Made by a program: the position numbers and the translations under genes. The notes below the pieces were generated by a model. That model was not told the origin of the DNA. It made no database searches and saw only the letters and a list, made by a program, of their open reading frames with translations. Of a DNA stretch of 64,000 nt, positions 13,541 to 27,176 are shown piece by piece. Every line of letters starts with the position of its first letter. Positions within the stretch are counted from its first letter, which is position 1. Origin of the DNA: Chiloscyllium plagiosum (lineage: Eukaryota); contig NC_057728.1 in NCBI RefSeq assembly GCF_004010195.1, positions 53,736,535-53,800,534 on the forward strand, written 5' to 3'.

Positions 13541-15033
13541 GTTATCATAAAGGGTGCAGTTGTATTTAGGGAGAAACTAAATGAGCACATAAAAGAGAAG
13601 GAAATAGAGACTTGCACTGACAAATTTAATTGAGGAAAGATGAAGGGAAGCTCCTGTTGAGCATAAGTTCCAGTCCTTATAGGCTGGGCAGAATGGTCTG
13701 TTCCTGTGCCTTTTTTTCCAGTTTAATCCTATATACCATTTCCAGCTCTTCTTCCTGAATCGTTGCCTTTCTCTGTGGTGTGGCTGTTCTGAATAAAAGT
13801 ACCCAAGAATTCCTCTCCCTCCCAAACGTTTCTGACTCACAGTCCAGCTCATTAAATATTCCCTGCGAGTGTGGAGATCGAAGACATTCGATGTCCAATC
13901 ATGTTGTTAGACTGCAGTTTCAACACACAAACTGTCCTGCTGTCTCTCTAGTTTTTATTCACTTTAGTTGTTACTTCAAAACCTAGTTTGGAAATAGGTG
14001 TATAGCTTTTGTTTGAAAAAATAGAATTTTTACTCACCTAATTTACTCACCCTTGGATCTCCTCCTTCACACTTTCTATAGCATGGCTCAGCTTCTACAT
14101 TCTGCTGCGCATAATGTCGCTTTCGCAAATTTTACTGAGTTTGTTTTCCCCTCTCTCATCTGCCGCGCTTCTGTTTAAACACTCGTAGCCACTCCCTTGG
14201 TGTTTGGCGCTCTCCTGATACTCTGAGGCATTGAGATCAAAGACACTAAGACGGGGCAACCTGAAAATGTTGTAGTCCGCCAATCCACTCATTCTTCAGT
14301 ATTGATGTAATTGTTTAGCTTTTTCATCGTTTGGCGTTCAGCTCATGCTCTGACACTGACTTATTTCTTTCACCGACTCTCTGCCATCTGTCATCCTCAC
14401 ATAGCTTCCCTTCATTTTTGCTGCCTCCGCTCTTGATGACTAATGTCAGTTTTGAGTCAAAGAAATTGACAGCACAGAAGGAGGTAGTTCAGCCCATTGT
14501 GCCATCATCGCCTCCCTGAAAAAGCAACCGTCTTTAATCCTGCACACTCACTTTGGTCTGTAACCCAGTAAATTCCTCAATCTCTAATACCTGGCCAACT
14601 TCTTTTTGAAGTTATCTGTGAACTTAACTCCCATTAGCTTTTCAGGTAGAGCTTTCCAGATCCCAACACCTTTAAGTGAAAAGATTTCTCCTCCTCACGC
14701 TTCTCTTGATCTTTTGTCAATGGTTTTAAATCCATGAGCTCTGGTTAGGGGAGTAGCATTTTCCTAGGTCACCATTCATGTTTTTTGATCCATTCTTGAC
14801 CTTTTCAACCTCGTTATTCATACCTCACTTCCAGCCAAATCTCCTCTGTACCCTTTCTAAGGCCATTACATCTCTAGTGAATTGTGATACTATATAAAAG
14901 ATGTATCTATGAAATGGGACCCCAATGGGTGATACTTTCAGTTTTCTGCTCATATTTTCTACTTGAATGTACAAATCCTAAGTCAGAGCTGTGTGTTTTA
15001 TGCAATATTTATACAAATATCCTCTCATCTTTA

Positions 15034-15243
15034 TGCAGAGTTGTGAATGCATGGAATGCGTTGCCAGCGGTGGTGGTGGAAGCAGAGTCATTAGGGACAT
15101 TTAAGCAACTGCTGGACAGGCACACGGAGAACAGTAAGTTGAGGGGTGCTTAGATAAAATTATTATATTTTACATTAGGATTAAACCTCATCACAACATC
15201 GTGGAGCCAAAGAGCCTGTTCTGTGCTGTACTTTTCTATGTTT
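15034..15243 (+). mobile_element. CR1 3' end fragment
   Basis: Translation RVVNAWNALPAVVVEAESLGTFKQLLD is the CR1 ORF2 C-terminus. Confidence 0.85.
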
Positions 15244-15281
15244 TATCTCCCTCATATTGGCGATGGACAGGGACAAATATA

Positions 15282-15498
15282 CAGGTGTCCCCCCTCATTT
15301 GCGATGATTTGTTACAAGACCTACCACGGATGCCCAAAACCACAGATTGTAACGAACCCATTCATTTAAATGGGCAATTTGCCTCAATAGCAATTCCCCG
15401 CAATTATATTTGGAATGTTCCATGTAATATTTTTGGGGTGAGGTAAACCGCAGATAACTAAAACCATGGAAACTGATTTTGCAGATATGGGAGTACTG
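15282..15498. mobile_element. Tc1/mariner (Tigger/pogo-like) MITE
   Basis: TA|CAG...CTG|TA termini with imperfect inverted ends (caggtgtccccctcatttgcg / gcagatatgggagtactg). Confidence 0.55.
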
Positions 15499-15616
15499 TA
15501 TACCTTAAACATTTACTCCCTTTTCTATTACTACTATACTTGTAGTAAACATCATCAGCAAGATGCACTGCTGTATCTCTTTAATGCCACCTCACAAACA
15601 CACAATTTTTATTAAA

Positions 15617-15750
15617 AACTAAAAGAACTGCAGATGCTGGAAATCAGAAACAAAAATAGTAATTGCTGGAAAAGCTTAGCAAGTTCGGCAACATCTGTGG
15701 AGAGAAGTTAGACTTAACGTTTCAGGTCCAGTGACCTTTCCTTAGAACTT
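15617..15750 (-). mobile_element. Old PLE terminal-repeat remnant
   Basis: Reverse strand reads ctaaggaaaggtcactggacctgaaacgtta, a decayed hammerhead core, followed by the ...ccagcatctgcagttc tail. Confidence 0.6.
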
Positions 15751-15939
15751 AATTTTTGTACACAATATTTCTTACTTGAGCTCAAAGAACTAGGTATTTG
15801 AATGTCACCTGTTCACCAAGTTACTCAAACTGCACATCATCTTGACTTGTTAATATATAATTTTACCTTCTTCATTGCTGAGTCAGAATCTCTGTCAAGC
15901 AGCATTATGGGAGAAAGAAGGACTTGCAGTGAAATTGTG

Positions 15940-16330
15940 CTTTTTTTGTCACCACCAAATGTTTCAGTGGTTTACAGTCAGTGAAGTACTTTTGAAGTGT
16001 AGGCACTGTGTTGACGTTGGAAATGTGGCAACCAATTTGTACATTGCAAGCTCCCCAGAAACAGCAATTTGATAGTAACAAGGGAATCTCGTTTGTGATG
16101 TTGGATGAAGATGAACATTGACCCAGTCTCTATAGTAGCTTCCTTTCTCATCTTCAAAATAATGGTGTGAGATCTTGCGCACTTTTCCAAGCTGGCCGAT
16201 GGAGCCTCTGTTTAATGTTGCATTCAAGAGAATGTGACCCTCTGTCAGTACTGCACTGGAAAGTCAGCAGTATTAGTGTTTGTTCAAGTCCTGAAGTTGG
16301 TTCTGAATTGAGAACCTTGTGACTGAGGCC
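15940..16330 (-). mobile_element. Deu-domain (SacSINE1-like) SINE relic
   Basis: Reverse strand tacaaattggttgccacatttcc...ctacacttcaaaagtacttcactgactgtaaa matches the recalled Deu-SINE 3' region. Confidence 0.6.
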
Positions 16331-19300
16331 ACAGATTTCTCATCATTACAGCAGTTGTAGCGGTTCACAAGTCAGCTCACCGTCTCCGCCCCTACGAACA
16401 ATGGGAGTTGACGATAAATGTCAGAATTTTATTAGCAATAAATTTATTTAAAAACCTTTGGTACTAAAGACAGCCCCATATTCTGGAAAACAGCAGCCTG
16501 TGACCTGAAAACATGAAGATCTAGCAGATGAGAAAATAATGAGAATTTCAAATTTAGGATCGCCTTCAATCTGTTCCAATACTTTGTCTGTCTTCAGAGG
16601 CTCTTGCTGCAGGCAACACCAGATTTTTAGAATAGATTTATGTACAAGTGCTGTATCTCCCTGAAAAACAAAAGACCTCCTCCAGTTCCAAGAACCACCC
16701 ACCTACCCCCTCCAGAAAAGGGGAAACCTAAGGTACAGAAACTCAACATAACAATGAAAGTTTAGCAATGAAAGAGTGGCTCTTCTGAAGGATTAAAAAA
16801 AACAGGAAAATTGATTCCGACAGTCTCAATTTGTGGGAATTCCACTGTTATCATTGCAAACAGGGTGGAGTTGATCTGTCTTGATTGCAGCTGAAAGCTA
16901 AGCAGATTGATTTTTTAAAAAGTCCTGAGCATTGGAGCGCTATATGTCAAAAGCAGATCACGTTTGTAAAATTGGAACTAACTCCCAGTAGCACCAATTA
17001 AAAAGAAACAGCGGGATTTCCTGTTAATCTACTGAAGCCAATTACTCTTGGTCAGCAACCAAATGGCTTGTTGCCATTTACCCTGACTTAACCTAGTACA
17101 AATAGAAAGCAGAGAAGATTAAGTTCGAGTTTAGCACAATAAAAAGTTTACTTCCTATCCAGCAGAGTTTACTGTAGGTCTTTACTTTGGGTAAAAACAA
17201 AGTTTATTTCACTTGAACAATGCCTTTGACTTTAATTCCCATACATGAGAAACAGGTGTAGAATTAAATGTACCGTGCACTTACTGTTGTACTGTTGGCT
17301 GGTGAGTCGTTCTCTGTGCAATAGTAACAGTGACCTTCTGTATTACTTTTCATGTCACATCACAGGAGTGATGCCAAATAGACTTGACAGCAAATCACAT
17401 CAGGGAAAAGTCTGGTCAAAGAGCAAAGTTTTACGTGGTGCCTTAATGATGGCAAAAGAGGAGATTTAGGGAGGGAAATCGGAGCTCAGGGCTTAGACAA
17501 CTGAAACGGCAGTCATCACTGGTGCAGAAAATAATCACAATGATAAGTGAGAGGCTGCAATTAGAGAAACGCGGAGGTCTCGGCACGGTGATTGACTGGA
17601 AAAAAATATAATGAAACCTGGCTGAGAGCCTGGACATCCATTACTTTGTTGAAACACCTGAACCCTGACTTTATTGATATCTTTGGCTCTCTGATTTTTT
17701 TACTCTCATTTTATCAGATGTTTATTTACATGGATCAAGAGATTTCAGTGATTGATACTTTTAAGTGTCCAGATGATTGATGCCCTTATTCATATGGAGT
17801 GAAAAGGAGTTAAACATAGTGCAATGTTAACAATAAATAACTGGGTTGTTTTAAGCATTTTTTAAAAATACATCCCACCATCATTGTAGTGTTACTTTCC
17901 GTACAGTTTGTCATGTGTTGCTTACCTAGCCTGGCACAGGTGGCATGAGAAGTAATGGGGTTTGGGTGGATGCACATGTCCTGGTTTGGAGAACATGAGG
18001 AGTACCTTTTGATCTTGTCTTTAAAAAGGCTCTGTTAGGCAAACTTTGGCTGACAACACCCTTTTAAAAACTTGGCCACACTCAATGAGGATTGCAAAGA
18101 ATTAAGACACACCTATCTCCACAATGAAGCCAGCCATATCCAGAGTTCCAGGTGTGGGCTTGTGACCCAAAGCATCCCACACTTTAAAAGGCAAATCCCA
18201 CCCCCCATCCCCACCCGCCTCCCCACCCACTCCACTCAAGAATCGGAATCAGCATCCTGGAATTGGGATTCACCCAGCATTTGAAAAGACCCCTGAATAA
18301 TCCTGACTTGGAGAGAATCTGTGCATCTTTTACCCTCTTTCACGCTCTCCCAATGTCATCATGTTGCTAACAAACACAGAGAAGGCTGGAGAATCTCAGC
18401 AGGCCTGGCATTATCTGTGGAGACAAGTGGAGTTAACATTTTGCGTCTGGTACAACTCATCAGATTGGCTCAATTAACAAAATCTCCTGGGAGTATTGGA
18501 CCTGCCTGGTGATTCGTGAGCCTACTATTGCCTTTGGTGCTTCAAGTACTGCTGTGAGGGAGATTGACTTAGGATGGTGGGGTACAGAAGATGGGGAAGA
18601 ACTCTTGGTATTTGATGTCCATGCAACAACCACAGAGGCTCCAGACCCTCATTAAAAATAGTTTCCATTCCTTATTAGCATTTATGTCAATATTACAGCT
18701 GAATTCAAGGCAATGGGGAACCTGTGTTCTCCTCCTGATTTTCAAGAGGATAGAATGGATCATCAACAGGTGGACAACAGGTACAAAGAAGACTGCCCAC
18801 AGCCCCAAACTTATACTGCCACTGCTGTCGAAGTATGTTGTCAGTGGTGAATCCTGTAATATCAGGCTGTTAAAAACAGCAGAACTTCTTCACAAGTGTT
18901 AAGTACAGTTGAAAGGCCAACAGTTCACAGGGAAAATCATCCACTTGTAGTCATTTAAAAAATACATTCCCTGATTCAACTACCCAACAACTGTTTTGAA
19001 TTTATTTAGCACCTTTAATATTGTAAAATTCCACAACATATTTCATAAGGTCTTCAGATTTATAGGACCATTGAGCACACAGGATAATCATTGGGTCCAT
19101 AAATCTCTTCTAACTCTTTGAAAGAGCTAATAAATTTGTTCTGCATTCTCCAAAGCCCTGCAATTGTTTTATTTGTGTTTTTTACAGGTGCTTATCCATT
19201 CCTTTCAGGCAGTTATTATTGAACTAGCTTTGCCAGCCTTTCAGAGTGTGTGTTCCAGATCTTAACAACTTGCGATGATAAAAATAATTCTGCTCATCTG

Positions 19301-19665
19301 CCCATCTGCTGCTGTTGCCAATTATCCTAAATGTGTTCCCTCTGGGTACTGACCCTCCCCCTCTCTATCAAAACCCTCCAAAATGTTATCAGACAAGATT
19401 TTGACACTGAGCCACATATGGCATCTGGTGATTAAATGCGCAGCATATGATTGAACTTCTGTTTGGCAAGTCAGCCCAACATAGGGAATAGGGAACCTAA
19501 GAGACCGGTTACAGTTCCTGTATCAAGTGCCAAAAAAACCTACCTTTCCACCCTGCAATTGAGATTACTTTGTCATATTGCTCCCATTGGGTAGAATGCA
19601 GGGCAGATTGTGATGAAGATTAATAACATTATTATTGTTTGAGAGCTAGAGTTCTAAAGTGAGAA

Positions 19666-19881
19666 GGAGAAAGTGAGTCTGCAGATGCTGGAGATCAAAG
19701 TTGAAACTTTATTGCTGGAACAGCACAGCAGGTCAGGCAGCATCCAGGGAACAGGAGATTCGACGTTTCGGGCACAGGCCCTTCTTCATTCCTGAAGAAG
19801 GGCCTGTGCCCGAAACGTCGAATCTCCTGTTCCCTGGATGCTGCCTGACCTGCTGTGCTGTTCCAGCAATAAAGTTTCAAC
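19666..19881. mobile_element. Penelope-derived mini-element forming a perfect inverted repeat; 14-bp TSD
   Basis: Arms 19698-19788 and 19793-19883 are exact reverse complements around the spacer ttcc; ttctaaagtgagaa at 19652-19665 and 19882-19895. Confidence 0.9.
19788..19823 (+). ncRNA. Minimal type I hammerhead ribozyme motif
   Basis: attc-CTGAAGA-a-gggc(ctgt)gccc-GAAA-c-GTC^-gaat: stem I attc/gaat, 4-bp stem II, palindromic ACGT stem III. Confidence 0.8.
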
Positions 19882-20261
19882 TTCTAAAGTGAGAAACCTA
19901 TGTTTAATTTATGGTGAAATTATACTTTTGTTTTGTGTCTTAAGAAAGGGCAGACCTGGTCCCCACTTTAGATTTTTTCTGAAAGTGATGCTAGGATGTC
20001 TGGAGATTGTTTACATGTATTTAAATATGGTTTTTAAAACTTAAATCTGAATGATTCCGGGCATTAGGAAATAAATAAATTCAAGTCTGAAAATAAATGT
20101 GTTCCTTTAAAAATATGGTTCAAAGCAAATGCCATTTTATAATCAACTTAGATGTGCCAACAAGAGAGAAAACAATGCTGTTACTGAACAATAGTCCATA
20201 ATACACAAAGTCAAAACAATCCAAAAGAATGAAGGCAGTGAGCAGGTTAATTCAGAGCAAA

Positions 20262-22925
20262 GAGGATGGCTTTTTGGAACAGCTTGTGATGGAGCCTACA
20301 AGGGCGCAGGCTATTCTGGATTTAGTGCTGTGTAATGAGCCAGACTTTATAGAAGATCTTAAAGTAAGGGAACACTTAGGAGGCAGCGATCATAATATGG
20401 TAGAGTTCAGTCTGCAGTTTGAAAGAGAGAAGGCAAAATCAGATGTAATGGTGTTACAGTTAAATAAAGGTAATTACAGGGGCATGAGAGAGGAACTGGC
20501 GAAAATCAATGGAAGCAGAGTCGAGTGGGGAAGACAGTAAAGCAACAATGGCAGGAGTTTCTGAGTGTAATTGAGGACACAGTACAGAGGTTCATCCCAA
20601 AGAAAAGAAAGATTATCCAGGGTGGAGGTGTGCGAAGGGAGGCAATTGAAATTAGACAGCCATGACTGACAAAGGAAGTCAGGAAACGTATCAAAGAAAA
20701 AGAGAGAGCCTATAAAGTGGCCAAGAGCACTGGGAAATCAGAAGATGGGGAATACTACAAAAACAAACAGAGGATAACAGAGAGAAATAAGGGAGGAGAG
20801 GATCAAATATGATGGTAAGCTAGCCAATAATATTAGAAATGATAGTAAAAGATCCTTTCAATACATAAGAAACAAACGAGAGGCAAAAGTAGAAATTGGG
20901 CCATTCCAAATTGATGCAGGAAGGCTAGTGTTGGGAGATAAGAAAATAGCTGAAGTGGGCGGCACGGTGGCCCAGTGGTTAGCACTGCTGCCTCACAGCG
21001 CCAGAGACCCGGGTTCAATTCCCACCTCAGGCGACTGACTGTGTGGAGTTTGCACGTTCTCCCCGTGTCTGCGTGGGTTTCCTCCGGGCGCTCCGGTTTC
21101 CTCCCACAGTCCAAAGATGTGCAGGTCAGGTGAATTGGCCATGCTAAATTGCCCGTAGTGTTAGGTAAGAGGTAAATGTAGGGGTATGGGTGGGTTGCGC
21201 TTCGGCGGGTCGGTGTGGACTTGTTGGGCCGAAGGGCCTGTTTCCACACTGTAATGTAATCTAATCTAATCTAAACTTAAGTACTTTATGTCAGTCTTCA
21301 CAGTGGAAGACATGAGTAAATCCCAACAGTTAAGGAGAGTCAGGGGACAGAGTTGTGTATGGTAGCCATTACAAAAGAGAAAGTGCTAGAAAAGCTAAAA
21401 GATCTAAAAATTGATAAATCTCCTAGCTCTGATGAGCTACATCCTCGAGTTCTGAGGGAGGTGGCTGAGGAAATAGCGGAGGCGATGGTTGTGATCTTTC
21501 AAAAATCACTGGAGTCAGGAAAAGTCCCAGATGATTGGAAAATAACTGTTGTATTCCCCTTGTTTAAGAAAGGATCAAGACAAAAGATGAAAAATTATAG
21601 GCTAATTAGGTTGTTGGTAAAATTCTAGAATCCATCGTTAAGGATGAGATTTCCAAATTCTTGGAAGTGCAGGGTCGGATTAGAACAAGTCAGCATGGAT
21701 TTAATGAGGGGAGGTTGTGCCTGACAAACCTGTTAGAATTCATTGAAGTAACAAGTAGGTTAGACCAGGGAAACCCAGTGGACATTATCCATCTAGACTT
21801 CCAAAAGGCCTCACGGGAGGCTGCTAAGTAAGGTGAGGGCCCATGGTGTTCGAGGTGAGCTACTGGAATGGATTGAGGATTGGCTGTCTGATAGAAGGCA
21901 CAGAGTAAGGATCAAAGGTTCTTTTTCAGAATGGCAGGTAGTGACAAGTGGTGTCCCACAGGGTTCAGTATTGGGGCCCCAGCTGTTCACTTTATATAGT
22001 AATGATCTGAATGAAGGGACTGGGGGCATTCTGGCGAAGTTTGCCAATGATACAAAGTTAGGTGGACAGGCAGGTAGTTCTGAGGAGGTGGGGAGGCTGC
22101 AGAAAGATTTAGACAGTTTAGGAGAGTGGTCTAGGGAATGGCTGATGAAATTCAATGTGAGCAAATGCAAGATCTTGCACTTTGGAAAAAAACAATACAG
22201 GCATGGACTATTTTCTAAACGGTGAGAAAATTCATAAAGCCAAGGTCCAAAGGGATCCCTTGCAGGTTGAGCCCGTAGTTAAGAAAGCAAATGTAAGGTT
22301 GCCTTTTATCTCGAGGGTTGGAATATAAAAGCAGCGATGTGCTACTGAGACTTTATAAAGGTCTAGTTAGGCCCCATTTAGAATATTGTGTCCCCCACCT
22401 CAGGAAGGACATACTGGCACTGGAGCGTGTCCAGTGGAGATTCACACGGATGATCCCTGGAATGGTAGACCTAACATACAATGAACGGCTGAGAATCCTG
22501 GGATTATATTCATTAGAGTTTAGAAGGTTATGGGGAGATCGAGTAGAAACGTACAAGATAATGCATGGCTTGGAAAGAGTGGACGCTGGGAATTTGTTTT
22601 AGTTAGGCAGGGCGACTAGGACCCATGGGCACAGCCTTAGAATAAGAGGGGATCAATTTAGAATGGAAATGAGGAGACATTTCTTCAGCCAGAGAGTGGT
22701 GGGCCTGTGGAATTCATTGCCACGGAGCACAGTGGAGGCCGGGACGTTAAATGTCTTCAAGGCAGAGATTGGTAAATTCTTAATCTCGCAACGAATTAAG
22801 GATTACGGGGAGAGTGCGGATAAGTGGACTTGAAATGCCCATCAGCCATGATTGAATGGCGGAGTGGACTTGATGAGCTGAATGGCCTTACTTCCACTCC
22901 TATGTCTTATGGTTTTATGGTCTTA
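20262..22925 (+). mobile_element. CR1 LINE ORF2 (end of endonuclease, RT, 3' UTR), 5'-truncated and frameshifted
   Basis: PTRAQAILDLVL, HLGGSDHNMVEF, SGVPQGSVLGPQLF, KFANDTKLGG, LVRPHLEYC; (CTTATGGT)-type tail. Confidence 0.95.
20955..21274 (+). mobile_element. Full-length young HE1-type SINE inserted in CR1
   Basis: A-box/B-box head, V domain, CpGs retained, (CTAAT)n tail. Confidence 0.95.
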
Positions 22926-24759
22926 AAGAGACCTCTAACAGTAAAGGTGCTGTTAGTTTAGCAGTCTCCAAAGCAGTCAGGACTGGGTGCGAAGTCTTGA
23001 GTTGCTTAGAAGAAAACTTTGAGGAAGAGTTGGAGACTTCGGACCATTCTGACTTACCTGGATATTCAGTCTGCAAATGTTCAACAGCAAAGTCCTTGTC
23101 TAACTCCTGGATAACTATATAACAGATTTCCAACTCTAAGTTTTTCTGAAGAGGCCAGGATAGGAATCACTGAGAGGAAGTCCTGAATTGTCATTTTCAA
23201 CTGGATGTGTACATGTCAGAGGTGGCCGTCAATTTCACAGGGTGATGGTAGCAAAAGCTGACTAATCTAGCTATCATGTCAACCCTAAACTTCAACCAAT
23301 GGAAATCCCTTGGAAAAGACTTACTATTTGCTGGCACACTGGCTGAGTATCAATCAACTGTCACATAGTGAAACATAATATTTAATCTATAAACAAATAT
23401 TTATACCCAATGTGACCACAGGTCAAACAATGGCATTTTCCATTTTCTGTCACAGAGTTTGAAATATGATGACCAGGCAGGTAAACAATGAGAGTATATG
23501 ATAGGTGTGTTCTCATTGACCTCCGGTTGAAAAGTATGTGTGTGTATATATTGTGAGAGAGAAACCACACAGAAGAATATTTTGTCCAGACAATGTTAAC
23601 CATGGGTTACTTAGTATGGCATTGAGTTATCAAATTATAGGTTTGGATGCCAGTCCAGGGCTGGAGACCTCTCTTTGACCGTATGGCTTAATCCTTGTAT
23701 TCCATTTTTACATCTGGTTTAATGTTTGTGTTAAAGAAGTAAATGGATAGTTTTGGGAAAGAATGTTTTGCAATAACTTAAGTTATTGGGTGAAAAATTT
23801 CACCCCTAGAAATTGTGATCTACTTTTTGCCTAAAGATTTGTCTTTTACAATGGCTGTGGCATGGCTTCAATACCACAATTATGCTGTAAATGGTGTGCA
23901 AGGAAACACCACAATAAGTCTTACACTATCTTGAATTGTTGTGGAGAACATTAGCAAGCTAGTGGATAAGCATTGAAAAACATGGACCATAAATTAACTT
24001 AGTTGACTGAGATCATCTGTGCACAATACCCTGGAGGAGGAGTTCATTGTGAACTAATACAGTGATTACAAATGCACTGTTCCAGGGAAGCGTGAAGCTA
24101 GGTTGATGTCACATTTATAGGAAGTGGCAAGTTTCAGTATACAAAATGCAGAACAACTCAGCGTAATTTCACAACAGGTCAACAAATGTGAAAATTTTCT
24201 AGTTTCTGATGCTGATTGTAAGTGTGACTTTAGTCTTCTGAATCATATCAAAACAAATTCACAAAACAGATTGAAAGAAAGGCAAGTGGATAGGTTACTG
24301 TGGATAAAATTTCACAATTGGTGTGGTGTATAAAAACTAGGAATATGGTAAAGACAGAAAATGTTTGGACCATACAGGAACAATTATCTTCCCAATCATC
24401 TCGCTTTCTACTGGCTCAGGGGCTTCATTCCAGTGATGATATAAAGATCATGGCTTTTATTATTTTGGTGTTCTTTTAAAAGCAGTGCTTTCAGTGGAAG
24501 CATCTGGAGAAAGACAATTGAAGCAACATACTGGTCAGCAGAAATGCCATACGTGTCACTTCAATGGTATAACTTGAGACCAATTAGCTCAATGGCAGGC
24601 AATGCAGAGTAACTCTAACAGTGTGGCTTCAATTCCTACTTCCACCACCCTCTCAGGCAGCACGTTCCACATTAATACCACCTTCTGATGAAAATGTTTT
24701 ACCTCTGATCCCCTCTAGACCAATTACTCTTCACCTTAAACTTACACTCTCTGGTTTTC

Positions 24760-25370
24760 AGAGTCAGTATTGAGTACAGGAGCTGGAGGTCATGTTGTGG
24801 CTATACAGGACATTGGTTAGGCCACTGTTGGAATATTGTGTGCAGTTCTGGTCTCCTTCCTATCGGAAAGATGTTGTGAAACTTGAAAGAGTTCAGAAAA
24901 GATTTGCAAGGATGTTACCAGGGTTGGAGGATTTGAGTTACAGGGAGATGTTGAATAGGCTGGGGCTGTTTTCTCTGGAGCATCAGAGGCTGAGGGGTGA
25001 CCTTTTAAGGTTTACAAAATCATAAGGGGTATGGATAAGGTAAATAGACAAAGTTTTTTCCCTGGGGTGGGGGAGTCCAGAACTAGAGGGCATAGGTTTA
25101 GGATAAGAGGGAAAAGATATAAAAGGGACCTAAGGGGCAACTTTTTCACGCAGAGGGTGGTACGTATATGGAATGAGCTGCCAGAGGATGGGGTGGAAGC
25201 TAGTATGATTGTAACATTTAAAAGGCATTTGGATGGGTATATGATAGGAAGATTTTGGAGGGATATGAGCCAGGTACTGGCAGGTGGGACTAGATTGGGT
25301 TGGGATATCTGGTTGGCATGGACAAATTGGACTGAAGGGTCTGTTTCCGTGCTGTACATCTCAATGACTT
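24760..25370 (+). mobile_element. HER1/CR1 3' fragment nested in an older minus-strand CR1
   Basis: LYRTLVRPLLEYCVQFWSP, FFTQRVVRIWNELP. Confidence 0.9.
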
Positions 25371-25374
25371 GAAG

Positions 25375-26620
25375 ACATCTGTCATGGGGAAAAGATTCTC
25401 ATGATCTATCATTTCTCTGCCTTTCATAATTACGTATGCCTCAATCAGGTCCATCACTCAACCTCTACGCCAGGGAAAAAAACAAACCCAGCCTATCTAG
25501 TCTCTCCTCGTAACTAAGACTTCTCATTCCAGGCAACATCCTGATAAATGTGCTGTGCACCCTCTCCAGTGCAGTCACAGTCTTCTGATAGTGTGGCAAC
25601 CAGAACTGCACACTGCATTCCGTCTTGATCTCACTAACGTTTGATAAAGTTGCAACAAGATCTTCCTGCTCCTATATTTTACACCCCTGCTAATGAAGGT
25701 AAGCATCCCGTATGGCTTCTTCACTACCTTATCCACTTGTGCTGGCACCTTCAGGAATCAATAGGCTTGTACACCAAGGTCCCTTTGTTCCTCAGTACTC
25801 CCTAGCAATCTACCATTCATTGTCTGTATACTTCTCTTATTGGACCTCCCAAAACACATCACCTCGCACTTATCTCAATTTAACAGCTGATTATTATCAG
25901 ACTGTAGCCTGAGACCATCCTCCTCACTAACAACAGCACCACTAATTTTTGTGCCATCTGCAAATTTACCAGTTATATATTCTACATTCACATCCAAGTC
26001 ACTAATATACATAAACTGCAAGGGTCCCAGCACCCATCGCTGAGGTACACCACTGATCATAGGCTTTCAGTTAGAAAACAATCCTCCATCATCACCCTTT
26101 GCCTGCTATGTGGATGCCATTTTTGGATCCAGTTTGCCAACTTGCCTTGGACCCCATGGACTCTTACCTTTTCAACAAGCCTTCCATGTGGGACCTTGGC
26201 AAAAGCCTTACTGAAGTCAATGTAAACCACATCAACTATACTACCCTCATCAATATATTTAGTCATCTTTTCAAAACCTCAATTAAATTAGTCAAACTGG
26301 ATCTCCCTCCAACAAATCCACGCTGACTCTTTCAGACCAATCCTGCCTTTTCAAGTGTGGATTAATCCTGTCCCTCAGAATTTCATCCAATAATTTTCCT
26401 ACCACTGACATCAGACTAACTGATCTATAATTAGCTGGCCTATCCCTGCTGTCCTTCCTGAACAAAGAAACCACATGAGCTATCCTCCAGTCATCTGGCA
26501 CTTCACCTGTGGCCAGCAGGATATTAAATATATCTTCCAGGGCCCCAGCAGTCTCTTTCCTTGCCTCCCAAAACATCCTAGGTTGCATCTCGTCAGGACC
26601 CAGAGATTGATTCACCTTTA
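25375..26620 (-). mobile_element. CR1 RT fragment (3' part continues at about 24640-24760)
   Basis: PANYRSVSLMSVVGKLL, VDVVYIDFSKAFAKVPH, SGVPQRWVLGPL, KFADGTK. Confidence 0.9.
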
Positions 26621-27080
26621 TGCCATTAATATTTTGTTTGGATTGTCTAACAGTTATGTTAATGGAATGCTAGAGAAATAATGGGCACTGGCAGCATCCC
26701 TAAATAATATGAATGAGGACCCAAGGCCTTATAACCTCAGCCTGAAGCATGGATTCAGCAGAGCACAGCAAGGAATGTCTCACAATGTACACCTGCCACG
26801 CTGTTTTGCCCTCAGGTGCTCAAGGTGAAATTCTTCCTGTTTGCTGAGATCATTTTAAAATTCAAGATCTCAGTAGGTATGAGTATTTGGAACATAGTGT
26901 TCAAGCTGAAAACTCGCCAATGCAATAAGGAGGTGATAAAACTGTTTTAAACAGGAAGTAGATGTTCTAAAAATGTAGAACTTACCAAGGAAAATACAAT
27001 GGGGGAGAGTTATTCCTAATACAGGATCTATCAATGTATTTGATTCTGTTCATCAGTTTTCTTCCTCTGCAACAACTATA

Positions 27081-27176
27081 GTTGAAACGTGTGGCACTGG
27101 TAAAAGCACAGCAAGTCAGGCAGCATCCGAAAAGCAGGAGAGTCGACGTTTCGGGCATAAGCTCTTCATCAGGAAT
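27081..27176 (-). mobile_element. PLE mini-element with hammerhead motif
   Basis: Reverse strand attcCTGATGAagagcttatgcccGAAAcGTCgac; one stem II mismatch. Confidence 0.8.

Noticed and set aside
18699..18850. Short plus-strand ORF MGNLCSPPDFQEDR... after a possible acceptor
   Set aside because: About 45 aa, no recognisable homology and no supporting neighbouring exons.
19695..19892. Near-identical ORFs on both strands (MKLYCWNSTAGQ...)
   Set aside because: A by-product of the palindrome; the same pseudo-peptide recurs in every PLE mini-element.
20955..21030. tRNA gene
   Set aside because: It is the tRNA-derived head of a SINE, continuous with the V domain.
20833..21249. 138-aa ORF, and the similar 172-aa ORF at 55150-55668
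   Set aside because: Antisense read-through of HE1 SINEs.
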